Source: an uncultured bacterium (GTDB lineage Bacteria; Patescibacteriota; Minisyncoccia; Phycocordibacterales; GWA1-40-21). Taken from it: 64,000 bases of DNA. The stretch spans positions 504 through 64,503 of the forward strand of contig CAIJNK010000011.1 of the NCBI GenBank assembly GCA_903822075.1, given 5' to 3'. The notes under the pieces were generated by a model. That model was not told the DNA's origin and made no database searches. It saw only the letters and a program-made list of their open reading frames with translations. Shown here piece by piece: positions 20,486-30,814 of the stretch. The position numbers and the translations under genes were made by a program. How positions within the stretch are numbered: position 1 is the first letter of the stretch; each line of letters opens with the position of its first letter.

Positions 20486-21545
20486 GATTTTTTTTCTTCT
20501 TGACGGCTGATAAAATCTTTTTAACTTCCCGATCAAAATCCGAAATATAATTTTTATCCTGCTCCACCTTGTATTTTTCATACTCTTTGAAAGCCAAGGC
20601 AAGAGCCACCTCATGACTTATTTTACCGGCGTTTGTCAATATTTCATACTCGCTAAATTTCAGGAAGGCATTAAGCTTAATGACCCAATCTTTCATCGTC
20701 ATTGCCTTACCCCTGGCCGCCTGCATCTCGGCGTAATCCAAATACATATTTCCGATCCGATTCAAATGTTCCAATTCTTTTTTATCTAAATAATTCTTGG
20801 CAATTATCGTATCGCTTGGCATTATTTTCCCTTCCGGCGAACGTCTCCAGGAAGTTAGCCCCATTTTTTCTTTCTTGCTACTTACCCTGTCTGTTATAAT
20901 TTCCGCCGCCGTCTTTCCGGTAATGGCAAAATGCAGTTTATTCTGAACTGTGGCAAAAAATTCCTTGCTCTCACTTGCCTTTGCTGAATAATCAATTGAG
21001 GTGGCATAAATATCCGTAATCTTCTGATAAATCATTCGCTCACTGGTGCGAATATCTTTTATTTCTTCGTATAATTCATCAAAATATCTGGTACTGAAAC
21101 GAGAACCGTATTTCATCCTATTTGTATCCAAAGCATAACCCTTGTGAATGTAATTTTTCAAAATCCCCGTCGCCCATTGCCTAAACTGCGTACCTCTTTC
21201 GGAATTTACCCTATAACCCACGGCGATAATGGCTTCTAATGAATACATCTGGGATTTTCTCTCGACTTCTCTTTCTCCTTCCGTTTGAACTTGTAAGAAA
21301 TCCTTACAAGTTGAATTTAGGCTGACTTCCTTTTCTGAATAAAGAGTTTTCAGATGTTGAGTAATATTTTGAGGAGTAGTCTCAAATAATTCAGCCATTC
21401 TCCTCTGGGTTATCCAAATATTTTCATCAGCATATACCACTTCAATATTCACCGAACCGTCCGGTGATTGATAGAATGATATTTGATTATCTGGTATTTT
21501 TTTCATATTCAATCTCTCTTTTATTTTTTCTACAGGTGTGGACAT
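20475..21545 (-). CDS. RhuM-family protein (virulence-associated / RM-associated DNA-binding family), carrying a duplicated dnaG N-terminal peptide
   Basis: 356 aa; RhuM-family signature (ISFYQSPDGSVNIEVVYADENIWITQRRMAELFETTPQNITQHLKTLY). First 13 aa (MSTPVEKIKERLN) are identical to the dnaG N-terminus; the real start may be the internal MKKIPDNQ. Confidence 0.7.
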   Translation of the reverse strand: MSTPVEKIKERLNMKKIPDNQISFYQSPDGSVNIEVVYADENIWITQRRMAELFETTPQNITQHLKTLYSEKEVSLNSTCKDFLQVQTEGEREVERKSQMYSLEAIIAVGYRVNSERGTQFRQWATGILKNYIHKGYALDTNRMKYGSRFSTRYFDELYEEIKDIRTSERMIYQKITDIYATSIDYSAKASESKEFFATVQNKLHFAITGKTAAEIITDRVSSKKEKMGLTSWRRSPEGKIMPSDTIIAKNYLDKKELEHLNRIGNMYLDYAEMQAARGKAMTMKDWVIKLNAFLKFSEYEILTNAGKISHEVALALAFKEYEKYKVEQDKNYISDFDREVKKILSAVKKKKNHEK

Positions 21546-21560
21546 TAAGAATGGTCAGAC

Positions 21561-21821
21561 CTAATTAATTAATCCTTTACTATTCAAACAATCTTTATAC
21601 CAAAAATCAGCCTTCTCCTGTTCTGCTTTATTAATTTTAATCATATCATTACCCAACTCTTCCTTTTCGATATCACTCGTTAAATCCAACCTACTTTCAG
21701 AAACATATTTTTTACATTCTTTTCTAATATTTGATGGCCTTAACTGAAACCAATAAAAAATACACACTAAAATAGCTAGAATTAATATAATTACATATTT
21801 AAATTCTTTTATTTTTTCCAT
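21561..21821 (-). CDS. small membrane-anchored hypothetical protein
   Basis: 86 aa; single N-terminal TM (YVIILILAILVCIFYWF), charged C-terminal part. Confidence 0.3.
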   Translation of the reverse strand: MEKIKEFKYVIILILAILVCIFYWFQLRPSNIRKECKKYVSESRLDLTSDIEKEELGNDMIKINKAEQEKADFWYKDCLNSKGLIN

Positions 21822-21967
21822 ATTTTTTTAATTAGATTAATAAACAATCCAATTATAGCACCTTTGGACTGGAAACCCCTCCTATTCTTAGGAGGGGTCG
21901 CCATTCCGATGGCGGGGGTGGTTCTCTTCCCCTCCTTAGTTAAGGAGGGGTTAGGGGCGGTTGTGTT

Positions 21968-24900
21968 TTACTCCCCTCTTTCCGCATTCAATTCCTTCAT
22001 GAATTCAGCCACCATTTTGAACTTAGGAGAATCTGGATGACCGGTACCGGCTGGAATAAGTCTACCGATGATAACGTTTTCCTTCAATCCGGTCAGATGG
22101 TCAACGGAACCGCGAACAGCGTTATTAATCAAAACTCGGTTAGTGTGCTGGAACGAAGCAGCGGAGAGGAATGATCGACGAGCGAGTGAAGCTTCGGTGA
22201 TACCCATCACTACCGGCTCTGCTTTCATCACCATCTTACCATTAGCCTCGGCTTCCTCATTTTCCAAACGATAATCCAATTCATCAATCACATCGCCTTC
22301 AGACACGGTGGTCTCACCTGGGTTCTTCACTTTCATTCGGGAGAACATCTGCTTCACGATGATTTCAATATGCTTTCGGGACACGGCCTCTCCTTGTAAT
22401 TCGTAAAGTTTGTTCACTTCCGTAATCACATAGTTCATGGTCTTCTCCTTGCCACCATATTTGAACAGTTCATCAATATCAGCCGAACCATCGGTCAAAA
22501 GCTGACCTTTCTTTACCTTATCACCAGTCTTCACCAAAGCCACGCGCTTGAAGCTGAATTCATATTCCACTTCGGCCGCCTTCTTACCCTTGGCTTTATC
22601 TTCAATTTCCGGCAAAACAGTAATGATTTTTTCCTTACCCATATCTTTTACCGAAGTCACCACACCGTCACACTTTGACACCATGGCTGGGCTCTTTGGC
22701 TTTCTCTTTTCAAAGACTTCTTCCACACGAGGCAAACCTTGAGTAATATCTCCACCAACGGAGGCAGTACCTCCAGAGTGGAAAGTACGCATCGTCAGCT
22801 GAGTACCAGGCTCTCCAATAGCTTGAGCGGCCACGGTTCCCACGGCTTCACCAAGACCAATAAGTTCTCCACGGCCCAAGTCTGAGCCATAACATTCTGC
22901 GCACACGCCGTGAACGGTTTTACAGGTCAAAGGTGAGCGCACGTAAACTTCATTGGCGCCCTCGGCTTCCACTTTCTGCGCTTCATCTTTCTTTAGCAAA
23001 TGTCCTTTCTTGAATAGCACTTCACCCGTCTTGCTCAAAACATCGGCGGCCAAAATTCTACCGCGAATATGCTTGGACACGGAAACACCTGATTCAAATT
23101 CACTGCTGTTTTTGATACAGATGCTTTCCTTGGTCTTACAATCCGCTTCGGTAATAACAATATCTTGCGCGACATCAAACAATCTTCGGGTCAAATATCC
23201 GGCCTTGGCGGTGTTAAGCGCGGTATCGGTCAAACCTTTTCGCGAACCGTGAGTGGTAATAAAGTATTCGATCGGAGTCAAACCTTCCTTCATGGAACCG
23301 ATAACCGGGAACTCAATGGTCTCACCGGCGGTATTCTGAATCAAACCTTTCATACCGGCCATCTGAGTAATAGCACCAAGCGAACCTCGAGCACCAGACA
23401 CCCACATATCGGAAACGGAACCGTTGATATCCAAAGTTTTTGGAATCAATTTTTCCAACTCGTTCTTGGCACCGTGCCAGATCTCAATATTTTTTCGTAA
23501 TTTTTCTTCGTCGGTCAAAAGTCCTTCGTTGAAGAAATTCAAAACCTCAGCGGATTTTCTCTTAGCTTCAGCAATAACTTCTGGCTTCTCGACTGGAATA
23601 TTCAAGTCATCAAGACCCCAAGTTACACCGGAAGCGGTGGCATATTTGAAACCAAAAGCTTTTATCTTGTCGAGCACCTTTGGAATATTAGTAATGCCAT
23701 ATTTGTTGATCAAATCATCAAGAATAGCCGACATGGTTTTCTTGGTGATTTCCTTGTTCACATAAGAATAATCGGAAGGCAAAGTGGAATTGAAGAGCAA
23801 TCGTCCGACCGTTGTCTCAAATGTCTTACCGCCAAAAATTTGATATTTTGGCTTATCGGTTCCCAGAACATGAATCTTGGCGCGAATGGAAATGCCACCA
23901 AAATCATAAGTAGTAATGGCGCTGTTTGGAGAAGAAAAATATTTACCCTCGCCCAATTCACCCGGCACATCTTTGGTCATCCAATAACAACCAAGCACGA
24001 TATCCAAAAGCTTGGCGGAGACGGTCAATTCGCCGTTTCCTGGCTTCAGGATGTTTTTGTCCGAAGCCATAATTTCATGAGCTTCGATTTGTGCTTCCTC
24101 ACCCAATGGTACGTGAACAGCCATCTGGTCTCCATCGAAGTCCGCGTTGAAAGCGGTACAAACAAGTGGGTGAACCTGAATAGCGGAACCTTCTATGAGC
24201 ACCGGCTTGAAAGCCTGAATACCCAAACGGTGCAAAGTAGGCGCACGGTTCAAGAGCACATATTTATTCTCAATAATTTCTTCAAGAATGGCCCACACTT
24301 CTGGAATTCCATCGTCAATCAAACGGCCGGCACCACGAATGTTGAAAGCTAATTCTTTCTTTAATAATTCAGAAATAACAAACGGTCGGAAAAGTTCCAA
24401 GGCCATCATTTTTGGCAAACCGCATTGGTTCAACTTTAATTCCGGACCGACAACGATCACCGAACGGCCTGAGTAGTCCACGCGCTTTCCAAGGAGGTTA
24501 GCACGGAACAAACCACGCTTACCCTTTAGGTTATCAGCGAGTGATTTCAAGGCGCGCTTCTGAGAATTTCCCACCGCGGAAAAAGCATCATTACCGCTTC
24601 GAATCGAGTTATCAATCAAAGAGTCCACCGCTTCCTGCAAAATTCTTTTTTCGTTTCGCAAAATAACTTCCGGCGCGTGAATTTCCTTCAATTTCAACAA
24701 ACGATTGTTTCGGTTTATCACTCGGCGGTAAAGATCGTTCACATCGGACGTAGCATAACGGCCTCCGTCTAATGGTACCATTGGTCGAAGCGCTGGTGGA
24801 ATAACTGGCACGCGAGTCAGGAACATCCATTCCGGCTTCACGTTAGCTTCTCTCATTGAACGCACCAAGGAAATTCTCTTGTTTACTTTTTCTCTTTCCA

Positions 24901-25642
24901 AAGAACCGGCTTTTTCCAACTGCACTTCCAATTTCTTTTCCAAGTCCACCAAATCCAAATTTTTCAAAATATCAAATATCGCCTCGGCACCGATGGATGC
25001 CTCAAACAAGGAACCATATTTCATGGAATACTTGTGATACATAACCTCGTCCACCACCACGCCTTCGCGGATGCTTTCCACTTCTTTCTTGGCATTGATC
25101 AAAAGTTCTTTCAAAGCCTCCTTGGTTTTTTCATCCTGGACGGTTTTGACTTTCTGCTTGAACTCATTATCAATGTCATGAAGAATTCTTTCTCGCTCAG
25201 CCTCATGAGTAACTGTGATGATGTAGCCGGCAAAATAAATCACTTTCTCCAAATCGGCAGTAGTCATACCGAGCATGGTTCCAATTTTTGATGGAATACC
25301 GCGCAAGAACCAGATATGAGAAACGGGAGACGCCAATTCGATGTGTCCCATCCTCTCACGTCGTACTATTGAGCGGGTAATCTCCACGCCGCATTTTTCA
25401 CAGATAATTCCCTTATAGCGAATACCTTTGTATTTACCGCAATAACACTCAAAGTCTTTGTCCGGACCAAATATTTTTTCATCAAACAAACCGCTCTTTT
25501 CCGAACGCTGAGTTCGATAGTTAATGGTTTCCGGCCTCGTGACTTCACCAAAAGACCAGCCTTTGATGACTTCCGGTGAAGCGACTTTTAGCGAGATGGC
25601 ATCAAAATCATTGAACTCAACATTTTTATTTTTATTATTCAT
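21968..25642 (-). CDS. rpoC: DNA-directed RNA polymerase subunit beta'
   Basis: 1224 aa; zinc-binding CYCGKYKGIRYKGIICEKCGVE, NADFDGDQMAVHVP catalytic loop, bridge helix and trigger loop regions. Confidence 0.95.
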   Translation of the reverse strand: MNNKNKNVEFNDFDAISLKVASPEVIKGWSFGEVTRPETINYRTQRSEKSGLFDEKIFGPDKDFECYCGKYKGIRYKGIICEKCGVEITRSIVRRERMGHIELASPVSHIWFLRGIPSKIGTMLGMTTADLEKVIYFAGYIITVTHEAERERILHDIDNEFKQKVKTVQDEKTKEALKELLINAKKEVESIREGVVVDEVMYHKYSMKYGSLFEASIGAEAIFDILKNLDLVDLEKKLEVQLEKAGSLEREKVNKRISLVRSMREANVKPEWMFLTRVPVIPPALRPMVPLDGGRYATSDVNDLYRRVINRNNRLLKLKEIHAPEVILRNEKRILQEAVDSLIDNSIRSGNDAFSAVGNSQKRALKSLADNLKGKRGLFRANLLGKRVDYSGRSVIVVGPELKLNQCGLPKMMALELFRPFVISELLKKELAFNIRGAGRLIDDGIPEVWAILEEIIENKYVLLNRAPTLHRLGIQAFKPVLIEGSAIQVHPLVCTAFNADFDGDQMAVHVPLGEEAQIEAHEIMASDKNILKPGNGELTVSAKLLDIVLGCYWMTKDVPGELGEGKYFSSPNSAITTYDFGGISIRAKIHVLGTDKPKYQIFGGKTFETTVGRLLFNSTLPSDYSYVNKEITKKTMSAILDDLINKYGITNIPKVLDKIKAFGFKYATASGVTWGLDDLNIPVEKPEVIAEAKRKSAEVLNFFNEGLLTDEEKLRKNIEIWHGAKNELEKLIPKTLDINGSVSDMWVSGARGSLGAITQMAGMKGLIQNTAGETIEFPVIGSMKEGLTPIEYFITTHGSRKGLTDTALNTAKAGYLTRRLFDVAQDIVITEADCKTKESICIKNSSEFESGVSVSKHIRGRILAADVLSKTGEVLFKKGHLLKKDEAQKVEAEGANEVYVRSPLTCKTVHGVCAECYGSDLGRGELIGLGEAVGTVAAQAIGEPGTQLTMRTFHSGGTASVGGDITQGLPRVEEVFEKRKPKSPAMVSKCDGVVTSVKDMGKEKIITVLPEIEDKAKGKKAAEVEYEFSFKRVALVKTGDKVKKGQLLTDGSADIDELFKYGGKEKTMNYVITEVNKLYELQGEAVSRKHIEIIVKQMFSRMKVKNPGETTVSEGDVIDELDYRLENEEAEANGKMVMKAEPVVMGITEASLARRSFLSAASFQHTNRVLINNAVRGSVDHLTGLKENVIIGRLIPAGTGHPDSPKFKMVAEFMKELNAERGE

Positions 25643-25671
25643 ATTTTTGTTATTTTAATGATTTTGATAAA

Positions 25672-26826
25672 TTAATTTGTAACTGTGAAAGGATAATCGC
25701 TGTCGTCCATCGGGGCTGGATAAGACTGGGCAGCAGACGGAGAAACTCTTATTATATATTGTCCGGCATCAATTCTTCTTCCGCCAGGACCCTTGTCAGT
25801 TGGAATCCACCAATTAGACTGCAAACGATTCACACTAACGAGAGACTCAAGATTATAAACTAAAGTTCCATCGGGCTTCAGTAGATTAATTTCCAAAGTT
25901 GAATTAATATTCTTTGCCTGCCATTTAATATCAACGGTATCACCCTTTTTATATGTTTCTCCTCCATTTGGTGAAAGAACAGTTATAGATGGTTGAGTTG
26001 ATGTAGAGGTAAATTTAAAGCTTGAGCTAACTATTTTAAATATATCTTTATAGCCAGCATCAGATACCCAAATGTTCATTGCAAGATTCCCCTTCGTTAT
26101 CATTTTAACATTAGGGTTATTCTGTCCAGCACTAGTATTAGTAGAACCATTGTAGTCACTACGAAGTTGTAGACCAACAACTTTATTTAATTCCACTCCA
26201 TTCGCAGCGTCAGAACTACTAGAGGGATAGTAGACTGACAAATCAGCTATCATGCTTCCCTGGCAGCAATCATCATATATTTTAGCATTTGCCGGATATT
26301 GAAACGAAAAACCATATTGAGTACTTGTATATGTTTTCCAATTTGAAGTAGCGTTTAATCCAGGAGAAGTAGTATTCATCACCCTAACACTAGTACTTGC
26401 GGTGGTCTGTGCACCAGTACTGTCTTTGGCAGTGAACACAAGAGTATATGTTCCGAATTGCGAATAAGCATGAGTGAATGGTGGATTTTGAGTGTAAATA
26501 GTATTAGAATCACCCCATTTTTCCGAGTACGTTAAAGTACTACCCTCTCCCTTATCATTAGGACTATAAGCATTGACTGTCCATGTGCCTAGTTGGTTCA
26601 GAACTAATTCCTGTGGTCCATTCACTTTTAGTACCAGAGATTTATTATTAGTAACTGACGGATTTTGAGTACTTGTCTGTTGTTGATTTTGGTTTTGCTG
26701 GTTTTGGACAACTGGTGCTTCAACTTTCTTATTTGTGTAAATATAAACACCACCACCAATTATTAAGATGGCGATTATGCCAATGAGGAGTGGGATGATA
26801 AAACCTTTTTTATTATTTGTTTTCAT
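25672..26826 (-). CDS. membrane-anchored exported protein (paralog of 19337..20485), inserted between rpoB and rpoC
   Basis: 384 aa; N-terminal anchor ending NKKVEAP, Q/N-rich linker, shared motif YTSTQYGFSFQYPANA, beta-rich Ig-like C-terminal region. Confidence 0.45.
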   Translation of the reverse strand: MKTNNKKGFIIPLLIGIIAILIIGGGVYIYTNKKVEAPVVQNQQNQNQQQTSTQNPSVTNNKSLVLKVNGPQELVLNQLGTWTVNAYSPNDKGEGSTLTYSEKWGDSNTIYTQNPPFTHAYSQFGTYTLVFTAKDSTGAQTTASTSVRVMNTTSPGLNATSNWKTYTSTQYGFSFQYPANAKIYDDCCQGSMIADLSVYYPSSSSDAANGVELNKVVGLQLRSDYNGSTNTSAGQNNPNVKMITKGNLAMNIWVSDAGYKDIFKIVSSSFKFTSTSTQPSITVLSPNGGETYKKGDTVDIKWQAKNINSTLEINLLKPDGTLVYNLESLVSVNRLQSNWWIPTDKGPGGRRIDAGQYIIRVSPSAAQSYPAPMDDSDYPFTVTN

Positions 26827-26918
26827 GATTTTGTTTTTTCCTCTTTCCTTCCCCTTTCTCCTCCTTTTCTAAGGAGGAGTACCCGAGTCTTCGAGGGGGA
26901 GGTGGTGAGGTGGTTTTT

Positions 26919-29900
26919 TTATCTCTCTCCACCTTCGTAAGTTGAAGGTTTCTTATCCTTTAAGAGTTCAACGTCGAGCCCTAATCCTCTCAAGTTGTTG
27001 AGAAGCACGTTAAACGAAGCCGGAATATTCGGTTGCTTGATGCGCTCACCTTTCACAATAGAATCGAAAGCGGCGGAACGTCCCACAATATCATCTGATT
27101 TGATAGTTAACATTTCTCGAAGCGTATAAGCGGCACCATGTCCAAGCAAGGCCCAGACTTCCATTTCTCCAAATCTCTGTCCTCCTCCTTGTGCACGTCC
27201 ACCAAGAGGTTGCTGCGTAATCATGGAGTATGGTCCGATTGAGCGCATGTGAATCTTGTCTTCCACTTCATGGTGCAGTTTCAAGATATACATATAACCC
27301 ACAGCCACTTCTTGCTGGAAGCTTTCACCGGTTCGTCCATCACAAAGTTTCATCTTACCGCTTTCCTTAAAACCAGCCTTTACCAATTCCGCTTTGATTT
27401 CCTGATCGGTGGCACCTGCAAACGGAGGAACAATGGCTTGATAATTCAAAGTATTTGCTGCAAGACCTAAGTGTAATTCCATAATCTGTCCCAAGTTCAT
27501 ACGAGAAGGCACACCAAGCGGAGTCAAAATCATATCCACTGGTCGGCCGTCTGGCATGTATGGCATATCTTCTTCCGGCAACACTTTGGAAATAACTCCT
27601 TTGTTTCCGTGACGTCCGGACAGCTTGTCTCCCACGGAGATACTTCTGAGTTCCGCCACTTCAATATGAATTCTCTTTATAATTCCACTTTCCAATTTAT
27701 CGCCTTTCTCGCGAGAAAACACTTTTACCGAAACAATACGGCCTTTCTTTCCACCTTCCAATCTCTTGGAAGTATCTTTCACATCACGGGCTTTCTCACC
27801 AAAGATAGAACGAAGTAATCTTTCCTCTGGCGTTAACTGAGTCTCACCTTTGGGCGTAATTTTACCGACGATAATATCACCAGGGCGAACTTCCGCGCCG
27901 ACGCGGACAATTCCGTCCTCATCCAGGTTTTTTAGTTTAGCCTCACCAACGTTTGGAATATCGTGAGTAGTTACTTCCGGTCCAAGCTTGGTATCGCGAA
28001 CATTCACCACAAACTCTTCCATGTGAATGGATGTAAACTTGCTGTCCTTCACCAGTTTTTCGGACAAAATAATAGCGTCCTCATAGTTTGATCCGGACCA
28101 AGACATGAAGGCAATCAAAATGTTTTGACCAATAGAAGTCTGGCCCTTATCGGAAGAAGAGGTATCGGCGAGCAGTTCGCCTTTTTTGACTTTCTGTCCC
28201 AAGGAAACCACTGGTCGCTGATGGAAAACGGTAAAGCTGTTTGTTCGAGAAAACTGGATCAGATTATATTCCGCTTCTTTTTCTTTATCATTGGTAATTT
28301 TAATCTTTTTAGAATCCAAGTAAGTCACTTCACCGGCTTCGTCAGCGTAAATAAGACGTCCGGTATCTCTTGCGGCAATTTCCTCAATACCAGTAGCAAC
28401 AAGCGGAGCTTCCGGCCGCAAACATGGCACGGCTTGTTTCTGCATGTTCGAACCCATGAGTGCGCGGTTGGCATCATCGTGGTTCAAGAAAGGAATCATG
28501 GAGGTAGCAATAGAAAAAGCCTGATTAGTGGCAACGTCCATAAAGTCCACATCCTCGCTCTTAACGACAGTCGGAACACCGTTCACACGCACCTCCACTT
28601 CTTCATCAATTATTTTTCCATTGACGTCGACGTGGGTGGCGGCATGGGCAATCTTAAAGTTTTCCTCTTCCAAGGCGTTCAAATATTTTATTTCGGGGGT
28701 GATCACGCCATGCTTGACCTTGGCGTAAGGAGTTTCGATCATACCAAAATCATTTACCTTAGCGTAAACAGAAAGACGCAAGATCAAACCAATGTTCGGT
28801 CCTTCTGGGGTATGGATAGGACAAACGCGGCCATAGTGAGAAGGATGAACGTCACGAACCTCGAAGCCGGCACGCTCGCGAGTCAGACCACCGGGTCCGA
28901 GTGCGGATAAAGTTCTCAAGTGTTCCACCTCTTGGAGGATGTTTTCCTGAGCCATAAACTGCGACAACTGGTTTGTAGTAAAGAATTCCTTGATTCTAGC
29001 TTGCAGTGGACGAGGGGAAATGAAGTTTACCGGCATAGTGATGTCCGGATCCACAGTGGACATACGATCTTGAATATTTCTCTTCATCTGAGACATACCA
29101 ATCCTCACTTTAGCCTGAAACAATTCACCAACAAAACGGACGCGGCGAGAACCCAAGTGATCAATATCATCTTCCACGGCATCTTCGTCGTGATTTAAAG
29201 TGACTATGTTACCAATGATAGTGAAAACATCATCCAGGTTTATGGTCTTGCGATCAAGCTCCTTAACATCCATACTCTTACTGAATCTTTTGTTGAAACG
29301 GAAACGTCCCACCTTGGAAACGTCATAACGGTCAGCGCTAAAAATACCGTTAATAAATTCCCGGGCGTTCTCAGCGGTAGCTAGATCACCGTCACGCAAT
29401 CTCTTGTAAATCTCCACGTAGGAATCATCCAGGGTCTTGGCATGATCCTTGGCCAAGTTTAGCTCCATGGCTTTCTTTGAAGCCTCATCCGTAGTAAAAT
29501 ACTCCATCATTTGCTTGTCGGTTGCGCCCAAAACGCGCAAAAGCGAAGTGACGGGGAATTTTCTCTTTTTATCAATCTTAACATAAACCAAATCATCAGC
29601 ATCGGACTCGATTTCAATCCAAGCTCCGCGTGATGGGATTATTTTGGCGCCAAAATAACGCTTACCCTTAATTTCATTAGTGGTGAAAAACATACCAAAG
29701 GAGCGGGCCAACTGTGGCACAATGACTCTTTCAATACCATTGATGATGAAAGTGCCGTGGTCCGTCATGAGAGGAATATCGGTCAGAAAGATTTCCTGCT
29801 CTTTCTCGGTATTTAAAATTTTATTCTTCAGTTTGACCCGGGCCTTTAGTTGACCTTCGTAGGACATTTTATTGTCCTTGGCGTAGTGCTCATTATATTT

Positions 29901-30110
29901 AGGCTGATCAATCTCAAAAGCCGTAAAAGAGAGCTCAAACTTTTTCTCGGCATAGTCCTTTATAGGAGAGAACTCCTTAAAAACCTCCGCCAAACCTTTC
30001 TCCAGGAACCATTTGAAAGATTCCGTCTGGTGGCTGACCATGTTTGGCGGGGTGACAAGCGGAGCCTTGAACTTTCCGAAATATTTTTTTTCTCTTTTGA
30101 TTGATTTCAT
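26919..30110 (-). CDS. rpoB: DNA-directed RNA polymerase subunit beta
   Basis: 1063 aa; conserved beta-subunit blocks (GPGGLTRERAGFEVRDVH, NMQKQAVP, ILKLHHEVEDKIHMRSIGPYS). Confidence 0.95.
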   Translation of the reverse strand: MKSIKREKKYFGKFKAPLVTPPNMVSHQTESFKWFLEKGLAEVFKEFSPIKDYAEKKFELSFTAFEIDQPKYNEHYAKDNKMSYEGQLKARVKLKNKILNTEKEQEIFLTDIPLMTDHGTFIINGIERVIVPQLARSFGMFFTTNEIKGKRYFGAKIIPSRGAWIEIESDADDLVYVKIDKKRKFPVTSLLRVLGATDKQMMEYFTTDEASKKAMELNLAKDHAKTLDDSYVEIYKRLRDGDLATAENAREFINGIFSADRYDVSKVGRFRFNKRFSKSMDVKELDRKTINLDDVFTIIGNIVTLNHDEDAVEDDIDHLGSRRVRFVGELFQAKVRIGMSQMKRNIQDRMSTVDPDITMPVNFISPRPLQARIKEFFTTNQLSQFMAQENILQEVEHLRTLSALGPGGLTRERAGFEVRDVHPSHYGRVCPIHTPEGPNIGLILRLSVYAKVNDFGMIETPYAKVKHGVITPEIKYLNALEEENFKIAHAATHVDVNGKIIDEEVEVRVNGVPTVVKSEDVDFMDVATNQAFSIATSMIPFLNHDDANRALMGSNMQKQAVPCLRPEAPLVATGIEEIAARDTGRLIYADEAGEVTYLDSKKIKITNDKEKEAEYNLIQFSRTNSFTVFHQRPVVSLGQKVKKGELLADTSSSDKGQTSIGQNILIAFMSWSGSNYEDAIILSEKLVKDSKFTSIHMEEFVVNVRDTKLGPEVTTHDIPNVGEAKLKNLDEDGIVRVGAEVRPGDIIVGKITPKGETQLTPEERLLRSIFGEKARDVKDTSKRLEGGKKGRIVSVKVFSREKGDKLESGIIKRIHIEVAELRSISVGDKLSGRHGNKGVISKVLPEEDMPYMPDGRPVDMILTPLGVPSRMNLGQIMELHLGLAANTLNYQAIVPPFAGATDQEIKAELVKAGFKESGKMKLCDGRTGESFQQEVAVGYMYILKLHHEVEDKIHMRSIGPYSMITQQPLGGRAQGGGQRFGEMEVWALLGHGAAYTLREMLTIKSDDIVGRSAAFDSIVKGERIKQPNIPASFNVLLNNLRGLGLDVELLKDKKPSTYEGGER

Positions 30111-30404
30111 ATAATGATTGATAAAATTAATAAAACAATTTTTCTAATAAATACGTACAAAGCAAAAAGGACACCCTCCGACAAAGGCGTCTTTCAATTT
30201 GATAAAAATTATCTTTTCTTTATGATAAGCAAGGATTTTAATAAAACTGCTAATCCTTTCCCCCGTAACTCAATCTTGCTAATGTGCTGTGATGGTATAC
30301 CAGGAGGCCTCACTTGTCAAGGACTTTATCCACTTCCTAGCTCACGGCCTTAATTATGGCTTATTTAGGATATCCAAGTATGATATTTAGTTATCCCCAA
30401 TTTT

Positions 30405-30440
30405 GACTTGACAAGAAAAATAGGGTATGCTATACTTGAA
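30405..30440 (+). promoter_or_regulatory. sigma70-like promoter for the cold-shock gene
   Basis: Plus strand TTGACA-17 nt-TATACT with ATGCTATACTTG-type extended -10; about 80-nt 5' UTR typical of csp genes. Confidence 0.5.
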
Positions 30441-30524
30441 AAACAAATAGAGGTGTGTCACAAAAACTTAGTCGATTTTTAGAGCATAACGTTCGTTTGT
30501 ATTTTATCAAGTAAACAATAATCA

Positions 30525-30725
30525 ATGACCGGTACAATTAAGAAATTGGTCTCTGAGAAAGGTTTCGGTTTCATCACCGCTGAAGGTTTAGCTAAGGATT
30601 TATTTTTCCATAGCAATTCCCTTTCAGGTGTTGCATTCGCCGACCTTCGCGAAGGAGACGCTGTATCATTTGACACTGAAGATACCCCAAAGGGTCCAGC
30701 AGCTGTCAATGTTACTCGAGCATAA
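30525..30725 (+). CDS. cold-shock protein (CspA family)
   Basis: 66 aa; RNP1/RNP2 motifs (KGFGFI; DLFFH), full-length CSD. Confidence 0.9.
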   Translation: MTGTIKKLVSEKGFGFITAEGLAKDLFFHSNSLSGVAFADLREGDAVSFDTEDTPKGPAAVNVTRA

Positions 30726-30767
30726 TTAATCACGGGTTCGTCCCGTATTGATATCTCAAACAAAAAA

Positions 30768-30800
30768 ACCATTTCCGCAAGGAGATGGTTTTTTTGTTGT
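30768..30800. terminator. bidirectional intrinsic terminator between csp and the SWIB gene
   Basis: AAAAAAACCATTTCC-GCAA-GGAGATGGTTTTTTTG. Confidence 0.55.
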
Positions 30801-30814
30801 AAAAATCTCTAGAT

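Noticed and set aside
20475-20614. Long N-terminal extension of the 19337..20614 ORF (MRWLLPWLSK...)
   Set aside because: Overlaps the 3' end of rhuM in another frame. The internal start MKNKKTF has the signal-anchor and matches the paralog's N-terminus.
28125-28910. 261-aa plus-strand ORF
   Set aside because: Inside and antisense to rpoB.
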